DNA of 64,000 nt from Geosiphon pyriformis uo1. Taxonomy: Eukaryota; Fungi; Glomeromycota. The notes below the pieces were generated by a model. That model was not told the DNA's origin. It ran no database searches and saw only the letters and a program-made list of their open reading frames with translations. This document shows positions 25,913-37,500 of this stretch, piece after piece. How positions within the stretch are numbered: position 1 is the stretch's first letter; each line of letters starts with the position of its first letter. The stretch is taken from the NCBI GenBank assembly GCA_016748015.1, contig JAAOMT010000762.1, positions 671,401 through 735,400 of the forward strand. Direction: 5' to 3'. Position numbers and translations under genes: made by a program.

Positions 25913-26802
25913 ACAGCTACCAACTATCTCACAAAGTGGGTAGAAGCAAGAGCCACTCTAGACCAAACAGCAGTCTCAATAACCAATTTTATTTATGAAG
26001 ATATTATTTGCCATTATGGCTGCCCCAAAAAACTTTTATCTGATAAAGGAAGAGCTTTTCTTAGTACACTGGTTGAAAAACTCTGCAAGAAAATAGAAAT
26101 ACATCATAAACTTTTCTCCTCTTACCACCCTTAAACAAATAACCTAGTAGAATGTTTCAATAAAACACTATGTGAAACCTTAACCAAAACCAGTAAAGAA
26201 ACAAACCTATAGGACAAAGTACTGCTTTCAGCCTTGTTCACTTATAAAACTGTGAATCATGACATAACAAGTTATAAACCTTTTTACCTGCTCTATAGAA
26301 AAATGGCAACTTTACCAATAGAAACTGATATTAAGACAATACTCTTTAAAGAAATCACAATAGAGAATTACAAAGACATTTTGCAAAGAAAACTTGGTAC
26401 CATTCTTAACTCCTTGATAAAAGCACAAATAATTGCTTTTGAAAAGATAAAACAGTTTCAAGAAAAGCTTAAGAAAAAAAAAATCTATAAAACACTTTCT
26501 TTAAGTATTGGTAATTTGGTACTAGAATACCATTCAGACAGAGACAATATTTATGGTGATAAATTTTCTAGCCAGTGGAAAGGACTTTTTATAGTCAACA
26601 AAGTTTTGAACAATGGTTTTTATATTCTTCAAGATTAATCCAGAACAATCTTTAATGATTGTCCTGTTCATGGTACACGACTTAAGAAATATCATAAATA
26701 ACCTGATTGGTTGCCTGTTGTAGTAATACTGACTTAAATGATCAGCAAAAATCAAGTATAAATAAATACACCATTCCCAAAACAGAGGTATCTTCAATCA
26801 AC

Positions 26803-27459
26803 ATGAACAATTATTTTCTGAATCAAAACATTCAAAATGCCTTTTATACGCTTTATGAGTATTGGATCAAAAACTATTCAAATGCTACTCTGACTATTGG
26901 AAAACAAACCATCATAACTGATAATAATAAAACACATACTGTTATTAGACCAAAGAAAACTACTACTAAAAAAGAAAAAATTGGTAGCAAAATAGATAAG
27001 TATCTGTTAGAAAGCATAACAGCAATAATACTTGTATCTTCTATCACAATCAGAAAAACAATTAAAAAAATCTTGCTTATAGACAAAAACTTGTCATATG
27101 GAAGACAACTAGAACTCTATAGTCACTTTGGTGAAATCATAGAAGACATAAAGCTCATAAAGAAAACAACTTCTGAAATACAAGTGGAAATTTTGAGCAT
27201 TATACAATTAGATGTCCCAAAAGTTTTGACTATTGCAAGAAGAACCAAAATTTTTATACAAAGATTTGGTCTTTTGGATACAAAACTCATTTTGCCTCAA
27301 GTGCTATACACCTTATCCACAAAAAACTTCAACAAACTAGTTAGCTTTGAGTTAGATAAAACCCTTCTAATAGATTACACCATAAATAGCTTGATTTTGT
27401 CAGAGTTTAATCTTTTTAGAAAGGATAATATTACAGTTAGAACTTATACTTCTTATTAA
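26803..27459 (+). CDS. Element A ORF3, accessory protein of unknown function (still open, ~218 aa from this ATG)
   Basis: Uninterrupted ORF between integrase and the 3' LTR; pattern LYSHFG...ARRTKIFIQRFG...LYTLSTKNFNKL parallels ORF3 of B and C. Confidence 0.7.
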   Translation: MNNYFLNQNIQNAFYTLYEYWIKNYSNATLTIGKQTIITDNNKTHTVIRPKKTTTKKEKIGSKIDKYLLESITAIILVSSITIRKTIKKILLIDKNLSYGRQLELYSHFGEIIEDIKLIKKTTSEIQVEILSIIQLDVPKVLTIARRTKIFIQRFGLLDTKLILPQVLYTLSTKNFNKLVSFELDKTLLIDYTINSLILSEFNLFRKDNITVRTYTSY

Positions 27460-28107
27460 TTATTACATGTATTAGCCACTAATGTTACATAAATTAGCCA
27501 CTCTATTTTTAGAAAATGATTATTAACCTAATCATTGACCTGATCATTAACCTAATCATTGACCTGATTATTAACCACTTTTGACAACTATATAAGCAAT
27601 GAATCTCTTAGCTATAGAAATACATAAAGAAATCAAGGAAATAAAATAAATAAAATAACAACTTTCATCTTAATCTCTCTCTTATTGCTAATTTTCTTTT
27701 CCCTACTTTCAAGTATCTGAACATCTTAAAGATAAAAGATTACTTGTTGGTTATTTTCTACCCTTTTTCTAAAACATGTAATTGCAGCATTTAAAAATTA
27801 TTGAATAAAACATGACTGAAGAGTACATCTGATACCTGATATTGAATTCTAAGAGCACCAACGTGAGGCATAAAATTGTCCTAGGCATGATCATTTGTTG
27901 ACAGTATGGACTATCCCTCTACTTTCAGATTCCCCAGTTATCCTTGAAAAAAATAGCGACTAAGATATTTTATGAGACTGATCTTACACATTGAATCCAT
28001 ACTTATTTAATTCACTCTTTGAAGTTGAATTCCCTTTAATTCCTTTTATCACCCTACAATTTTGTTCTTCCTTGCTATCCATTAGCTTGTTACTCCAACT
28101 TGTAACA
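27429..28107 (+). repeat. 3' LTR of element A
   Basis: Direct repeat of 10470-11184 with fewer 12-bp units; start mutated to TATTAC; purine tract at 27417-27428. Confidence 0.94.
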
Positions 28108-29600
28108 CTATTTCTGTAATTTCAATATTTTAATCTAATTACAAAATTAATTTGGTATTATAAAACAAAAAAATTAGAAGATTATAATAACTTATTTCAA
28201 ATAATACAATTAGATCTTTTATAAAATTTAAATTATTAAATAAAGATTACTATATTTTAAACCAAATTTTAAATCAATTTATAAAAAAACTAAAAAGCAA
28301 TATTTTTTAATTTGTTAGATTTTACTATCTTAAAAGTTTACAAAATGCTGTAATATTAATTTGTAACTTTAAATTTGCTGAACAAGAGACTAATCACATC
28401 TAAGTCATTAATTTAATTATAAGTAAAATCTCTAATATTGATGCAAAGCTTACTTAATTAAGTAAGAAATTAACTCAGAAAATTAAAAAATTCTTTACAA
28501 AAAACTCTGAAACTTACCAGTTTTTATAACATTGAAAAAACAATAATAATATAAAGTATTAGTAACAACAGTAGCTCTAAAAACAAGATTTTTCTAATTG
28601 CTATTATTGTTAAAAACCTGGTTATATTATAAAAAATTATGCAAAAAATGGCAAACTAAAATTGTAAAAACTAATATTAGCAATAATCTAAATATTTACA
28701 ACTATTAAAATATTATTATCTTATTTTTTAATATTAATAATTTTAATATATATTATAGCCACAACTAAATTATTATCAATTTACTTAAGTAATAATATTA
28801 TTTCAACTTAAATATTAAGTTTTTTTAAACATTAATTCAAAATTTAAAGCTATTAATTATAACTAACAATAAAAAAATAATTCTAAAAACCAATTCCAAA
28901 TTTCAATAATACTAATTCAAAACATAAACTACAACAACTTATTATTATAAGTACTATTAATTAGATATCTAATTTAAACATCATATTTTGATCTTATTAA
29001 AATTCAGAATTTTGATAATACTATATTTTTTAAAAAAAAACTATAGCCAAAATCAACAATTTTTTTATTATTATTAAACAGATCATTTTTAATATGATTT
29101 TTTTAGTTACAATTACCAAAAACAAAATACTTAAAGTCATATTTTTATTTAATATTGACAGTTTTAATATTCCTAATCTCTTTAGTAAAGCTGCTATCAA
29201 CCAAAACAAATTAATTATAGCAATATATATAGATGTTATTATAAGACAAATAAATATTAAACTAATACTTAATAATAAATTAATTGGCAATATAATGACA
29301 AAACAGCTTATAGATTAATTAAATTGTTAAATAAATTATGTAACTATAACTAAAATTATTATAGTTAATAAAAATACAAAATTCTAATTAAAAAAATTAA
29401 CAATTTCTCTTTTAAATTAAATAAAATTATTAGTTTAACCAAAATTTTCATAATAAAAACAACTTAATACCAAGTTTTAATTAATAATAATTGGTTAATT
29501 AAGTCTTATATCATCTTTAATTAAAATACTTAAAAGCTTTAAATCTTATTTAATGGTTAATATATTCAAGTATTTACTAATTGTAAACATTTTAAGACAG

Positions 29601-30480
29601 TATTACTCATAAAAATTAGGAGTATTATAGTTAAAAGAATAGCCAATCAGAAGTAGTCATAATAACAAAAGAATTTTAGGATTTTTTTAAAAGAATTGCA
29701 GAATTTTAGAATTCCAAAATTCTTTTAAAAAAATTGCAGAATTCTAGGAATTTTGTATAATATAAATTATATATATATAGCAAGAATATTAAAAGCAGAA
29801 AAAGCAATTCCTGAAAAATTCAATAGAGTTTATATTAATTTAGCATCTTCTTTCTTATCTATTAATTAACTTTTACTTTATAAATAGTTACTATTAACCA
29901 AAGTGAATCCACCAAATTATTTAATAAACATACTTATTATTATCCAATTCATATTATTATTGTTTAATTGAGAATTTCTATCACTCATTTGTTATTAACA
30001 CTCTATGTTAATAATATCTAATATTTAATTACACTGAAACAATAGCTCTTGATTATGACTATTAACAAAATATTAATTTTTTATTTTTTTTTTATTTTTT
30101 TTTATTTTTTTTATTTTTTTTTGTTATGTTAACTTATTAACCAAGTTAAAAAATTAAGCACTAATTAATTAATGTTAAAAATAGTCTGGTAAAAAACTCA
30201 GAAATAAGAATATTGAATTTATAAATTAACAGATAGCTTACCAAAAGGGCATGACTGCCAGAATAAACTGGCCACCACACTAAAGAAAAAAATTTGATGG
30301 AATAATCATTCTAAAAGACTACTGAAAACAACTATTGAATCTTTATCTATTATATAAAAAACTCTAATCCAAAATCTTCAAATATTATCAACATCAATAT
30401 TATCTAACCATAGTCAGCTATTGAGTACCAAGTTATGGGTTTGTTATTTATTCTAATCACCTAAACAATTACCTGTAACA
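29601..30480 (+). repeat. Solo LTR, family F, inserted in the relic D protease region
   Basis: TATTAC(=TGTTAC)...TGTAACA termini; TSD ACAG/ACAA; D coding homology resumes at 30485. Strand is relative to the second copy only. Confidence 0.82.
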
Positions 30481-31127
30481 ACAATCATTTCAAATTAATC
30501 TCTAATTAAATTTAAAAAACTTATAATACAATTTATTTTAAAAACATATTAAATCTCTTAAATTGACAATTTTAACACCAAATTATTATTACTATCTACT
30601 TAAAAGAAAAAAAAAAAAAAAAAAGCTAAAAAAAACTCTAAACTGTAATTTTTGCTTATGTTCTACCAAATTAACACAATTAATTTTATTGTTTTTTTAA
30701 ATTAATTTGCATAGATTGTGAAAAAAAACTGGTTTAAAGTTCACAAACTTGTTCAAATTTAATGAAATTAAAAAAAATATAAATTGTATTATTTGTTTAT
30801 CAATCATTACTTTGTTTAATTATTATAATCAATTAAAGAGATATATAAAACTATACATATATAACAACTCTATTTTTTAACTTACTAAAATAAATTTATT
30901 ATTAGTATTATTCAATGTTATCAAAGATTCAAAATTCAAAATAATAAAATTTGATAATTTAAATAATTTAAATATTAATATATTTAGTAAACATAGTTTT
31001 TAAAGTAAAATATGAAACTATTTTAATAAGTTTGAGTAAACAAAAAAAAACAGCTAAATATATGATTTTAAAATGTGTGTATAAACTATTTTTTTATGAA
31101 ATTATAGATACTACTAAATCCTTATGG

Positions 31128-31930
31128 TGTTATAGGTAATTATTTGAGATGTTAATACCAATAATAAATCTGTAATTTGGTATTCAATAGCTGGTTATGT
31201 TAATAATATCTGAAGATTTTTTTTGTTAAGTTCTTTGTATAATAGACAGAAATTCAATGATTGTTTTAATATTCTTCCAAAAGCTTAGTCTATAAATATT
31301 TTTCTCAGTTTGATGGCCAGTTCCTTCTGATAAGCTATTCTTAATTTTCGGGTTTCTACTTTTGTTTCCAGGTCTTTTACCAGTTTTTTTTAATATCAAT
31401 AACTCCATGCATTAATCTTTTAATCAGTTAGTAAACAACAAGAAATGAAATAAAAAAAAAATAAAAAAAAAACAATAAAATTAGTATTCCATTAATAGTT
31501 ATAATTAAAAGCTATTAGTTTAGTGTGGTTAAGTATTAAATTCTATCAACATAAAGTATTGATAAAGTAGAAATAATTTTAATATGTCTTAATCAAATAA
31601 TAATAGCATAAATTTAAGTACTAATTGATATTTTATTGATATGTAATTTGATTCCACAGTAAGTCATAGAAATTACTTTTAAAGAAAAGAATATTGAATA
31701 ATTAATTGATTATGGGTATTGATTTTAAACTGGATTCTGTTTTTTTTTGCTTTTAATACTCTTACTATATATATATAATTACTGTTATATAAGATTCCTT
31801 GAATTCTTTTAATTTTTTTAACCAGAAATCTTGGAAATTCTGGAATTCTGGAATTTTTTTTTTACTATGTCTATCTTTAATTGGCTACTTTATATTCTTA
31901 TTAAAAATTTCTAAATTTCTATGAGTAATA
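31128..31930 (-). repeat. Second solo LTR of family F, opposite orientation
   Basis: Reverse complement is collinear with 29601-30480 over its length; TSD ATGG/ATAG. Confidence 0.82.
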
Positions 31931-32753
31931 ATAGTACTATTTAGAAACTTCTCACTAAACAGTATATGTTACAATAAAAAAATATTATAAAAAAAGACAA
32001 AATGTTCAGAAAAATTGCAATTTAATTGAAAAAATGGTTTAATAAGTAAGATTGCTATTTTTTTTATGATTTTTGGCTAATCTAACTAGAAAGCTATTTT
32101 AGCTTTCTGTAGTAATTGCTATTAATATTAATAATGAAAAACTTTGTAACATAATTATTATTTGGTTTATTAACTATCAGCAACTATTTTTTACAATGAA
32201 AAACTCCAAATTAATCAAAATATTCTAATATTTAAATCTTACTTCTTAATTTGTTTGTGCTAATATAATTAAAAATAAAGTCATAGAACTTTATGTCTTA
32301 AGTAGACAAAAATTAAGAATAAATACTATTTTTATTATAAAATATCTTTTTTTTTTACTTATACCTATAATGTAATAAGTATACTTAAATACTATTAAGT
32401 TCAAGATTTTTTTTATATTAGATCTTTAAATATTTTCTAATAATAAAGTCTTTGTTTGTATTATTACTCATTATATCAATAACAATTAGAACTTTTAATA
32501 AACAATAATTGATTTTGGATTAATAAGTAAATAATATAATAAAATAAATATTGTGAACAGATTTTTTAAAGTATTAAAAAATTATAAAATTATATCAAAA
32601 GTACAAAAAAAAAAACCTTTTTTCTCTTTTTTGTCCCAAATTCCTAAAAAAGAGTTTAAAGTTTTTTGAAAGAAGTTTTTTACAATTCAGTACAATAAAT
32701 CCAAACCCTTTATTCTTGACTACAAGGTCATTGTTGGCTGTAGTATTGCTGTT

Positions 32754-34542
32754 ATGAAAAAGGCTGCTAAAGTTTTTAGTTTTAGTAATGGCTTTAGACC
32801 TGTTCTTCCGAAAAAAAAGAGGAGGGATGGTGTTTTAGAAGATGGTTCTGGTAATATAAGTATTGATTTCAAGGTTCAAAATAGTCGCTTATAGGGTTCA
32901 GAGACTGGTAACACCACTAAGTCTGAGAGTATTGATATGGAAAAAGAATGCCTGATAGAAGAGACCAGTTTTGATTATGGTAAAGGTGGTGCTCTTGCTG
33001 AAAAAGATCTTAATCAGACACTTACTGGTTTAAAGGTTAAAACCAAAAAAACATTAGGCAAGCCATTGGGTAAAATAAATTTTTCATCAAGTAATGTTGA
33101 TGATGATGTTCTCTTGAATGCTCCATTGGAACTCCCTCTATTTCTCAAGAATCTGGTCAATGTTTCTGTTTGCAAATCTTTTGCTTTGGATATTGGATTG
33201 GACAAAGTGGGTGGAAAATCTTCTCAAGAAAAACTACAAGTAATCAGAAAGTTATTTTCAAGAATCAATAATTTTGGGGGACTTCTACCTCTTTAAAATT
33301 TACTGGGATCATCAGAGCAATGTTTACTTCTGAATTGAATATGGCACAGGCTTTAAAAAAGGCTGAAGAAGCAAAGATCTTGGTAAACACTAATCTTAAG
33401 AAATCATCTGAATGTTCAGATCAGGCTGTGGTGTTGAAAAAAATTCCAATTGAAACATCAACAGAGGCTGTGCACACTGTGCTATCTGAGTTTGAATTAA
33501 TTAAGTCGATCAAGATGCAGTTGGTGGAACTGTGACAAAAAGCAGTGGTTTAATTTGGATAAGTTGATCATGCTGATTTGGTCATGACAAAATAGTCTAT
33601 TTTGATTGAGAAAGATGCAGTTCGTGTTGCTAGATCTGGTGTGGACAAAGAATCATGGAATGTGTAAGATGTTTACAAAGCCCTTTTGTACACTTTGCCA
33701 ATGGGAACCAATGCACATGATATTTGGGATTATATTGCTTCAGTGGGTAGGAAAACTTGTGTAATTGACTGTTACTTGGTTTTTTATGCCTGAGCCAGGT
33801 GCACTACTGTTTGTTTTGATTTTGCTGAGTCATTAGATGCAGTCATAAAGACCATGACTGTTCTAAAAGAGGCCAATCTGCACTGATCCTGTCTTGTTTT
33901 AGCCAAGTGTGCTGGGTGTGGAAAATTGGACCACACATCAGTCTTGTTGGAGGAAAAAAGAATATTTCTTCTGGTGCTTCATTATGGAAAACTTTCTCAA
34001 ACTCAGATAAATTTAGGCTGGCTGCCATATATGCCAAACACTCAGCTTCAGTTGCTTGTTCTGTTTTTTTTGGTGGTGTCTCATGGGCACAAATTGCTGG
34101 TGGGTTTTCTTTCCCTTTTTTTCCTGGTCAGAATGTTTTGTTAAAAGCTGGCTCTTCTTCAGAGATGAAGCCTACTCCACTGGTGTCTTTGGAATTGAAT
34201 AATAGGTTTGCCACTCTTGAACACAGTTTCGCCAGTCTTACAGAGTGTATTGACATGTTGGCTAAAAGGTTGGACACACCTGAGCCAATGGTTTCCCAGC
34301 TTAGCCCTAGACATCAGCCATTGGTAACCCCTTTATCACAGAATTAAGGAGTAGATATAGTAATAAATGAGAGTTCAGATGTGGTCACTGGTGGTAAGAC
34401 TGTTGCAGGAGTAGTAGCTTTTGATTCTACTGTTATCTCAAAAATGGAGAAAACATTGAACAATCTTTCAATTACAGTTATGAGCCTTTCAGCTAAGTTG
34501 AACAATACTGGTTCAGTTTCTACCCCCTTTTTTTCTCAATGA
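32754..34542 (+). pseudogene. LINE-1 ORF1 (RRM-like region, zinc-knuckle remnant, coiled-coil C-terminus)
   Basis: Fragments at 32937, 33320 and 33907 are homologous to LINE-2 ORF1 (FALDI, AVVLKKIP, GGVSWAQ); CAGCGKLDH. Confidence 0.85.
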
Positions 34543-37500
34543 GTAATAAGATCTGGAAATTTGTGACTTGTAATGTTAAGGAAATGAACAATCCTGTTAA
34601 ACAGGATGATATTATTCATTGGCATAAGAATATGAACAATTTAGTTTCTATTTTTATGGAATCTAAGTTAAAAGAGAAGATTCACCCCTGGATTGTCAAC
34701 AAATTTGACAGTGTTTGAATATTTACTTTTGGTCTGGATTCTGGTTATCTGAGTGCTGGTGTTGTAATTGTTATGAATTTTTCTTTAGCTAAGCATGTAT
34801 GTAAGGTCTCTGAGGTGCCTGGCCGGCTCCTATTTATCAAATTACTTTTCAAGAATAAACTCTCTGTGTCAATTTTGGGGCTTTATGCTGGTGTTTCTTT
34901 GGCAGTCTGGTTTTCTCAAGCTGGTAAAATCAACTCTCTCATTGCAAAGACTGTTAATGAGTCTTCTTTTGTTGTTTTTGACAGTGACTTTAATAAAGAT
35001 GGGTCTCATAAATGTACTAGTTTTAAGAAATGCCTTGATCTGGAACTGGTTAATTTTTTGGTCAGTAATTTGGCTGCTTAAATGTCCACTTGGACAAATT
35101 CTAGAGGTGTTATGAAAACCATTGACTATGTATTTGTTTCTCCAAATCTGGTCAGTGTGATGGTTTGTCATGGCATTTTCAATGTTAGTGAACATTTTGA
35201 CACAGATCACCAGGCTGTTTCTGTGTCATTGAATTTGGGTGGACTTTTGGATATGCATTTGAATTCTCTTTACAGGCAAGCAAATAGAGATTGTTGAAAG
35301 TTTAACTTCAAAAATGCCAATGAAATGAAATAGTTGGAATTCAGAGATAATACAGCTGCTAATGCTTTCATGTTCTCGGATGCATTTAATCTTGCTATGA
35401 GGTTTTCAGATCTGGATGCAATGTAGGACATTGTTCACAAGATCATGGTTCTCTTAGCTAATGGTACATTTAAGAAGAAATGGTTCAAGGATTTTGATAG
35501 TGTTTTTACTAAGGAGTCTTCTAGATTTCATAAGCTGGAATTGCTGGTTTCTAAGATGGTTAGGGCTTCATGTTTGATTTCTAGTAATAATTTTATCTCA
35601 TTGTTGGGTACATAGGACAAGTTTGATTCTACTGGTGCATTGGCAGTGAAATCTTTTTTTCTTTCAGGTTCTAATTTTGATATTATTTGTTCTGTACTTG
35701 CCAAAGCAAGAAAATTATACCATTCATCCAAGTTGTTGGAATTCAAGTACACTGAAGAGTCTCATATCAAACAGACTATTGGTAAGAGAATAGAGAGTTT
35801 TGAGTTGAACAAAAATTATATTATCAGGAGTGTATTAGAGCATCTTTTTCATAAGGTGGTTTTGGATCATCTAGTTGTGGGTGATGAGTTGATTTTGAAG
35901 CCTAATCTGGTCAAATTTAAGATGGATGAGATTATGGAGGGATGGACCAAGAAACGTAGGATGGTGTCTGATTTCTCTGATAATTGGGTTTGCTAATATT
36001 AGTCTCCGAACTATGTTTTTAATGGTGTTTTTTCTGGTGTTATGTGTTTGATTGGTTTTGATAAGATGTCTGCAATCGTCAAAAATTTTCCTAATAAAAA
36101 GATGGCTGGCTTTTCTGGCATCTCAAATAAATTATAGAAATGTTGTACCAAATCAGTTTTAGATATGCTTCTGGTGCTTTTGAACTTTTGCTTAGTTGGT
36201 GAATCAGTTCCTGAACCTTGGAGAGAAGCTTGGGTTTTAATGATTTCTAAACCATATGAATGGGAGGGTGTTTTTATGAATACTTATTTTATTGCTCTGA
36301 TTGAAACAGCCTGTAAGATCTTTTTCAAGGTTCTTTTTGATAGGATTTTTTCGGCTTGTAGTGCTTTCAATGTTTTTCATGAGGATAACTTCTCCGTTTT
36401 GAAAGGTACAATAACACAGTCTCCTATTTTTGCTATTGGTTCTGTTGTTGAGGATGTCTTGAAAAAGAACAGAGAACTTTGGTTGGTTTTACAAGACATG
36501 CATAAGGCTTATAATTCAGTTGATTGGGAACATCTCAAAAGAAGTTTGGTCAGAATCAAGATGTGTGGCAGATTTATAAAATTTTTTGGCAGCATTGACA
36601 ATGGTCACATTAACAGGGTGATGACAGACTTCAGCCTGACTGATAAATATTGTGTTCATGATAGATTGGACCAAGGGGAAGTTTTCTCACTTTTTCTTTG
36701 GCACATATTTTATGATTTGCTTTTGTGTAAGGTCAAGAGGCAGAAAAGTGTGTGTAGTTACAGGTTGAATTCTTATTTTGTTTCCAGAACTGGCCGAGCA
36801 GATTCTTAGGCTGGTTTGACTTCTTTTTTTGCTGCCAGTACTTTTGTTGATGATACAATTTGGGTTGGTAGTAGCCAGGCTGCTACACAACATATTCTTG
36901 ATATTGCTAGTGAATTTTTCAGGTTTAATGACATTTCCATAAATAATGTTAAAATGGTGACCATTCTTATCAACTGTTGAGTAACAAACCTTTATCTAAC
37001 TATTAGTAGCTTTCCTATTTCCATTGCCAGAAGAGGTGAATCTCATTGTTATCTGGATATTTTTTTGTCAACTGAAGGTTTATCAAGGCCAAGCTTGGCT
37101 AAGACTCATTCAGATGTATGGTTTTTTGTTAATCTTGTTTTAAAGAAGGCAGTTTTGGATAAACAGTTTGTGTATTTAGTGTCTGCTGTTCTTTTCCTGA
37201 TTGTCTGTTATAGGATGCAGTTCAGTTATATTCCTCTTAATGTATGCAGTAAGTGAAATGCCCTAATTTGCAAGGGCTTGAAGTCTAAATCTGGTCTTCT
37301 GTGCAATTTTTCCAGTGATGTACTTCATTATTTTCTCTGTATGATTTAAAAACTTTTGAGCAAATTCAGGCTGAAAGCAAGTCAGCTTCTGTTGTTTTTT
37401 TTGCAAATTCTGTTGGAATTTTAGGTTAGTTGTTCTCTCATAGGTCTTATGATCTCCAGATTCTTAGTTAGCAGCCCTGCCATCTTTTGTAGTTTCCAGT

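Larger units (their letters stand above)
15535..26737 (+). pseudogene. int: Element A integrase, a separate ORF split by element B (15535-16003 + 25917-26737)
   Basis: Own ATG (MDLDNY), GHFG..CDICQ zinc domain; YIIT|ATNYLTKWVEAR is rejoined across the TSD; GPF-like module; ends PDWLPVVVILT*. Confidence 0.92.
10470..28107 (+). mobile_element. Ty3/Gypsy LTR retrotransposon A (full structure, pseudogenised), interrupted by element B
   Basis: LTRs 10470-11184 and 27429-28107, TSD CTAT (10466-69 / 28108-11), PBS, PPT, gag-PR-RT-RH-IN order. Confidence 0.96.

Noticed and set aside
29601-31930. Foldback/Mutator-like element with long TIRs
   Set aside because: Each arm has its own TG..CA-type ends and 4-bp TSD, so these are two independent solo LTRs.
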